NCBI RefSeq assembly: GCF_006345805.1 | Contig: NW_021832536.1 | Location: 49,791 to 113,790, forward strand | Source: Octopus sinensis | Lineage: Eukaryota | DNA length: 64,000 nt | Direction of reading: 5' to 3' | Part shown: positions 63,713 to 64,000 of the stretch, in pieces | Layout of the letters: each line of letters starts with the position of its first letter | Position numbering within the stretch: position 1 is the stretch's first letter | Translations under genes and position numbers: made by a program | Notes under the pieces: model-generated | Database searches by the model: none | Told to the model about the DNA's origin: nothing | The model's input: only the letters and a program-made list of their open reading frames with translations

Positions 63713-64000
63713 TATATAGACATTGCACACATATACATGTATACAAAAACGAACTAAGGGAAATAACTCAAAATGGCTCTTAGCCTGAATCTGGAGAACA
63801 AATAGACGAATAACAGTATCGTTTATCTTTTACATGCATCAGTCATTGGACTGCGGCCATACTGGGGCATTGCTCTAGAAGGTTTTTTTTGTTGAACGAA
63901 TTGACTTCAGTACTTATTTGTACTTAGTCTGGTACTTATTCTATCGGTCACTTATGCCGCACTGCTAGGTTATGAGGATGTAACCACTATATGTTTATCA

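Overview
AT-rich, repeat-dense eukaryotic DNA, most likely an octopus; this is inferred from the SINE families and microsatellite load, not from a search. The window holds one complete protein-coding gene, smoothened (smo, class F GPCR of Hedgehog signalling), on the + strand in 11 coding exons from 2731 to 47056. All introns are GT-AG and the phases chain into a 2451-nt CDS (816 aa). The rest is non-coding: a ~13.4-kb modular satellite filling intron 8, AT-rich minisatellites, at least five SINE-like families, TTAA- and TIR-type MITEs, a small Helitron, CR1-like and L1/Tx1-like LINE fragments, a decayed Penelope-like element with a possible hammerhead, and several near-perfect foldbacks. Best leads: (1) a competing in-frame donor in exon 10 that would break the PKI-like pseudosubstrate motif and delete a PKA site; (2) a giant intronic satellite almost free of AG on the sense strand that ends at the exon 9 branch point; (3) an inverted composite duplication bracketing exon 5; (4) foldback hairpins at 54.8 and 60.4 kb. 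I found no novel multi-gene system. Exon boundaries were read by hand; repeat boundaries are approximate; human and fly residue comparisons are from memory.
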